64,000 nt of DNA from Chloroflexota bacterium. Lineage in GTDB: Bacteria > Chloroflexota > Anaerolineae > Anaerolineales > UBA4823. The position numbers and the translations under genes were made by a program. The notes under the pieces are model-generated. The model made no database searches and was not told where the DNA came from. It worked only from the letters and a program-made list of their open reading frames with translations. The first letter of the stretch is position 1; each line of letters opens with the position of its first letter. The DNA lies in contig JAKOUW010000096.1 of the NCBI GenBank assembly GCA_029782365.1, forward strand, positions 298,467 through 362,466. Direction: 5' to 3'. Shown here one piece after another: positions 60,072 to 64,000 of this stretch.

Positions 60072-62084
60072 ATGAGTGACATTCTTTGGACATCCGCTCC
60101 TCAAACCTGGCCAACGGCCAACGGTTCTTTTGGCAAGCCCACCTTGCTGCGTTTTGCCAGCGACACTTTTATGAAGGATTTCATGAATATGCTGGACAGC
60201 CAGCCAGATATGCTTACCACCTACCAGGCCCGGCCTGAAAATTGGATGCGCCCCATGGACGCGCCCACACCTGTCAAGCTTACGCCCGCCCCGATCCGCC
60301 AACTGCAGCTGCGCCGTGCCGGCGTGCTCGGCGCGCTGGCTTCGCGCACCTTAATTACCCAGGAAGATCAGCAAACGGCCAGCGACATACCCTTTAAACT
60401 TTTTCAGCCGTCCCATCTGCGCTACTACCTCGTGACAGCCAGCCTGGTTTGCCAGGAAATCGGTATGCCCGACCGGGTGATCGATTCTACAGCTCAGGAA
60501 AAAACAAGCTTTGTTGTCCGCCGCATGATGCTGAAGAACCCAACCGCATTTGGGTTGAACAATCCTGCTCCCAGCCCAGATGAAAATCCATCCCTGTATG
60601 ATGAATATGCCTTCGTTGAAATAGGAGGCGCTAAAGCCTGGCAGAAGCTTACCAATGTGCAACTGCTGGCAACGAACGAGGAGCAAAATCCATTGTTCGC
60701 GGTGAACTTTACCCAAAGCGATACGCGCAGGCGCCGGCTGTTCGGCGGCCTGGTACCCACCGGCAAGCGTGACGCGTATCATGGAGCCGCCGCCAGCGCA
60801 GATGCGCAGGCAGCCTTGCCCGCCCCAAGCGGCCAAACACCGACCGTGCAAGATCCTCGCCTTGAATTTCAGGCGCGCCGGGTTTTTTTCGGCCCGTGGC
60901 AGCAGTTGGTAGAGAACATGTTCGACCTGGTGGATAAATGCGAGCAAGACCTGGCGCTTGATAGTTCGGGGAACAATCAAACTTCCCAGCGCCAATTGTT
61001 GGGTAAAACTAGGTTGCGACTGCAAGAATCCTCCTGGTATTTGCTATTAGATTTCGCCAATTTTTTAGCAGACCAACTCCCGAATTTAATTGCAGTTCTT
61101 GAGGCTGGTTCGAATGGCTCTTCCCTGACGTACGAAAAACCTTTATTTGACGCCTTGAATGCAGTCAAGCTCTACAAGGATTCAACCATTGATATTGCAC
61201 AGACACTTCAAGATCAATACGGCGTCAAACCGCTTGATTCGCTCGGTGCCGCGCTTGGCAAAATTCGTAAATTCAAACCACAGCTCGAAGCTGCCACCAG
61301 CGCATACAACAAATCAGGGCGAGGTGTGGATTGGCCTGATTTTCTCTTTCCTTTGGTCGATGTGGCTTCCGCGAACTGCGATGCAGGTAATGCCGCGCCG
61401 TACCTTTCGATTGTTGAACCTTCTCCATTTACTCCTTATGGTTCCACCATGGTGAACGCCGGTGCGTTCGTCAAAGAAATTGAGAGTTTGCTCACCGTGC
61501 TGCTTTCCGTCCTTCCATACAAATCCGCCACGCCTTTGCCGCCAGTTCCCCTGAACGGCCTCCAGCCCACACGCATCGCTGAAACTGGTTGGTTTGTCAT
61601 TCGCTGTGTATTCGAACGACCCAACTGCCTGCCCTCGCCTACACCTTTACTGAGCGACCCAACCTCGGCCTTCCAAATAGCCGGCTTTTTCGATCCAGAC
61701 GCGCCAGCGCGGCCTTTACGAATAGATCTGCCCATTGACACCAGCCCGGCTGGCCTGCGCAAGTTTGACAAGAATACAGCTTTTTTAGTTTCCGATATGC
61801 TGTGCGGACAGGTCAAACGCGCTCGCTCCCTGGGCCTGGGCGACCTGATTCGCTCCGTTTTGCCTTTTCCACTTCATAAGGATCTGGATGTATCCAATGA
61901 CCCGTGCCAGGATGGCGCGAATCCGATCGGTATGATTTGCTCCCTTTCGATTCCGATTATCACAATATGCGCCTTTATTTTGTTAATGGTAATTGTTTCT
62001 CTACTCGATTTTATCTTTCGCTGGATTCCGTATTTTATTCTGTGTTTTCCACTACCTAAGTTCACCGCCAAGGAGGGCTCATGA
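60072..62084 (+). CDS. Hypothetical 670-aa protein with C-terminal hydrophobic membrane anchor, embedded in the eCIS baseplate module
   Basis: Long ORF tightly coupled to neighbours (3-nt gap upstream, ATGA overlap downstream). C-terminal about 40-aa hydrophobic stretch (IGMICSLSIPIITICAFILLMVIVSLLDFIFRWIPYFILCF). No known domain. Confidence 0.65.
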   Translation: MSDILWTSAPQTWPTANGSFGKPTLLRFASDTFMKDFMNMLDSQPDMLTTYQARPENWMRPMDAPTPVKLTPAPIRQLQLRRAGVLGALASRTLITQEDQQTASDIPFKLFQPSHLRYYLVTASLVCQEIGMPDRVIDSTAQEKTSFVVRRMMLKNPTAFGLNNPAPSPDENPSLYDEYAFVEIGGAKAWQKLTNVQLLATNEEQNPLFAVNFTQSDTRRRRLFGGLVPTGKRDAYHGAAASADAQAALPAPSGQTPTVQDPRLEFQARRVFFGPWQQLVENMFDLVDKCEQDLALDSSGNNQTSQRQLLGKTRLRLQESSWYLLLDFANFLADQLPNLIAVLEAGSNGSSLTYEKPLFDALNAVKLYKDSTIDIAQTLQDQYGVKPLDSLGAALGKIRKFKPQLEAATSAYNKSGRGVDWPDFLFPLVDVASANCDAGNAAPYLSIVEPSPFTPYGSTMVNAGAFVKEIESLLTVLLSVLPYKSATPLPPVPLNGLQPTRIAETGWFVIRCVFERPNCLPSPTPLLSDPTSAFQIAGFFDPDAPARPLRIDLPIDTSPAGLRKFDKNTAFLVSDMLCGQVKRARSLGLGDLIRSVLPFPLHKDLDVSNDPCQDGANPIGMICSLSIPIITICAFILLMVIVSLLDFIFRWIPYFILCFPLPKFTAKEGS

Positions 62085-62470
62085 ACAACGCAGGTCTTTT
62101 TGGACGCAGCATCAGCTTCCCGCCTCGCGTTGGCGCCGATGGCCGTTGGGCCTGGTCGGAGGGTGAAGACAATATTCGCGAATCGATTCGTATTATTCTC
62201 CTCACAGAACAGCACGAACGGCTGATGCTGCCAACCTTCGGGGGAGGATTGAGTGGTTATTTGTTTGAGCCCAACATTGTCTCTACCCGCGCTTTGATCG
62301 CTGAGCGCATCAAAAAATCTCTGGCAGCCTGGGAGCCGCGGATTTCCGTGGAGACTGTTCAAGTGGAGCAAGATCCCCAGGATGCTCAGGTTGTTATCAT
62401 AACCCTGACTTACAAACTCATCGCCACCCAGGTGCTGGAGCGCATGAATTTAAGTGTCCAGTTAAAGTGA
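62081..62470 (+). CDS. Baseplate wedge protein gp25/GPW-like (Afp9-like)
   Basis: GPW_gp25 signature (WAWSEGEDNIRESIRIILLTEQHERLMLPTFGGGL..YLFEP). Confidence 0.9.
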   Translation: MNNAGLFGRSISFPPRVGADGRWAWSEGEDNIRESIRIILLTEQHERLMLPTFGGGLSGYLFEPNIVSTRALIAERIKKSLAAWEPRISVETVQVEQDPQDAQVVIITLTYKLIATQVLERMNLSVQLK

Positions 62471-62487
62471 TCTAGCAAAGGAACTGT

Positions 62488-64000
62488 ATGCCGATCAAAA
62501 TTCCAACCCTCGATGATCGCAATTTTGACCAGCTTCTAAAGGAAGGCCTGGCGCGCATTCCGGTTCACAATCCCGAGTGGACCAATTTCAATAAAAGTGA
62601 TCCGGGTGTCACACTCATCGAAGTTTTTTCCTTCATGACCGAAAGCTTGCTCTATCGAGCCAATCAGGTGCCAGAGCGCAACCGGCGTAAATTTCTCTCA
62701 CTGCTGGGCATGCCGCTGCAAACCGCTGCTTCTGCGCGCGGCATCGTTACGCTCACAAACGACCGTGGGCCTTTAACCACCATCACACTCAATGGTGGTC
62801 TGGAAGTATCGGCAGGAAAAGTGCCTTTTCGGACACAATCTGGATTGGATGTTCTGCCAATCGAAGCCCGTGTTTATTACAAACGCGCCATCAATAACTT
62901 AACGGAAACCCAGAAAGAGTATTACCGCCAACTTTATGCCAGTTTCTTTCCGGAAGATAAGCTCGATTCCAGCACATTAATGATGTACGACACCGCCGCT
63001 TTTCCAGATCCTACCCCTGCCAGCCAGGGCGTCGATCTCACTTCGCAAGATGTGGTGGACGGACTGTGGGTTGCACTTCTGGTGCGCTCGAGCGAGAAAG
63101 CCCCCAACGCTGTTACCCTGACCCGCCAGCAGATCGCCAACAAGACAATCAATCTGGGTGTCGTACCTTACATCTCGGATGCAGAACGATTATTGAACAC
63201 CATCGGTCAATCCATTCCCGACCAGGCGACACGCCTCCAATTTTCCATCCCTGCCGGCGGTTCTTTGGGAAAGGACCGCGTGCCCACATATCGCGCCCTG
63301 GCAGTCCAATCTGATGTGAATGTTCTTTCCCTTCCGGGAATTATACAGATCACCCTGCCGGATGAAAATGCGTTAAAAATGTGGGACAACCTGGATCCTT
63401 TGGATTTAGGCGTTGGAGCCTTTCCTCCGGCTCTGGACGACACCAGCCTTGACGCCCGCCTTGTCACCTGGTTGCATATCGTTGCGCCATCCGGCTTGCA
63501 AGCTGCAATCTACTGGTTAGGGATCAATGCAGTTGAAGTTACCCAGGGACGGCGGATCACGAATGAGCGGCTGCCCGCCGCAACCGGAGAGCCAGACCAG
63601 ACCACTACCCTGGGGCGCACGCCGGTGATCCCCGGTTCTGTCACCCTGGTTGTCAGCGAAGTCAGCGGAGACACCACCTGGACCGAAATCGATGATTTGA
63701 TCAGCGCTGGCCCAGAAGTCCCCACCGCCAACCCCATCCTTCCGCCCGGTGTTGCTCAGGTGAACCTCGCGCCGACCGATGTGTTCGTGCTGGACGCAGA
63801 AGCAGGTCTGCTCAAATTTGGGGACGGTACCCATGGCCGCCGCCCACCGGCTGGCGCTGTGCTGACCGCATCTTATACCTACAGCGTTGGCGCGGCTGGA
63901 AATGTGGGTATCGGTTCAATTAACGCCGGGCCAGCCCTGCCCTCCGGGCTCAAAGTGAGCAACCCTGTTTCTACTTGGGGAGGCGTCGATGCAGAAACAC
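62488..64000 (+). CDS. Baseplate J / gp6-like protein (Afp11-like), 3' end beyond window
   Basis: N-terminus LDDRNFDQLLKEGLARIPVHNPEWTNFNKSDPGVTLIEVFSFMTESLLYRAN typical of Baseplate_J. Frame stays open to the window end. Confidence 0.85.
   Translation, partial: MPIKIPTLDDRNFDQLLKEGLARIPVHNPEWTNFNKSDPGVTLIEVFSFMTESLLYRANQVPERNRRKFLSLLGMPLQTAASARGIVTLTNDRGPLTTITLNGGLEVSAGKVPFRTQSGLDVLPIEARVYYKRAINNLTETQKEYYRQLYASFFPEDKLDSSTLMMYDTAAFPDPTPASQGVDLTSQDVVDGLWVALLVRSSEKAPNAVTLTRQQIANKTINLGVVPYISDAERLLNTIGQSIPDQATRLQFSIPAGGSLGKDRVPTYRALAVQSDVNVLSLPGIIQITLPDENALKMWDNLDPLDLGVGAFPPALDDTSLDARLVTWLHIVAPSGLQAAIYWLGINAVEVTQGRRITNERLPAATGEPDQTTTLGRTPVIPGSVTLVVSEVSGDTTWTEIDDLISAGPEVPTANPILPPGVAQVNLAPTDVFVLDAEAGLLKFGDGTHGRRPPAGAVLTASYTYSVGAAGNVGIGSINAGPALPSGLKVSNPVSTWGGVDAET

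Overview
This is a 64 kb chromosomal segment, probably from a Chloroflexota (Anaerolineae-like) genome, judging by gene content and GGAGG ribosome-binding sites. It is densely coded and holds about 65 genes.

Positions 1-21 kb are housekeeping genes: an S9 peptidase, TrmI, a NUDIX hydrolase, ribosomal protein L25, phosphofructokinase, a DinG helicase fused to a DnaQ-like exonuclease, a cNMP-binding histidine kinase, RsmD, a ChlI-like ATPase, two thioesterases, a MetY-like PLP enzyme, an ABC1 kinase, TrxB, malate dehydrogenase and citrate synthase.

Positions 21.2-29.6 kb are a GntR-regulated corrinoid-dependent quaternary-amine demethylation cluster. It has a corrinoid protein, two tandem non-pyrrolysine MttB-family methyltransferases, an M20 amidohydrolase, an MtrH/MtgA-like methylcorrinoid:THF methyltransferase and a RamA-type reductive activase.

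Positions 29.7-40.1 kb carry a zinc-ribbon/LysM membrane protein, a flotillin, HemW, an Lrp regulator, an M1 aminopeptidase lipoprotein, a secreted protein, and a NarL-type two-component system.

Positions 40.4-47.5 kb are an hdrCBA-mvhDGA operon for a heterodisulfide-reductase / group 3c NiFe-hydrogenase complex, plus a hydrogenase maturation protease. A cluster of GTGA/TCAC palindromes lies upstream of it.

The most notable region runs from 48.6 kb to the window end. A SARP/BTAD regulator gene is followed by a promoter with four 11-bp-periodic GTGAT direct repeats placed 8 bp from a -10 element. This promoter apparently drives a large phage-tail-like extracellular contractile injection system (eCIS / PVC-Afp-like) operon.

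The operon encodes, in order:
- a DUF4255 cap protein
- a 286-aa unknown
- a tail sheath protein
- a tail tube protein
- a 1007-aa sheath paralog with FN3-like and proline-rich insertions
- a second tube protein
- a LysM tube-initiator
- a 55-aa small ORF
- a separate gpD-like hub and a gpV/gp5-like beta-helical spike
- a 670-aa unknown with a C-terminal membrane anchor
- a gp25-like wedge protein
- a baseplate-J (gp6-like) protein that runs off the window end

PAAR, tape-measure, AAA+ ATPase, fibre and cargo genes are not in the window and are presumably downstream. No rRNA, tRNA, CRISPR array or transposase was recognised.
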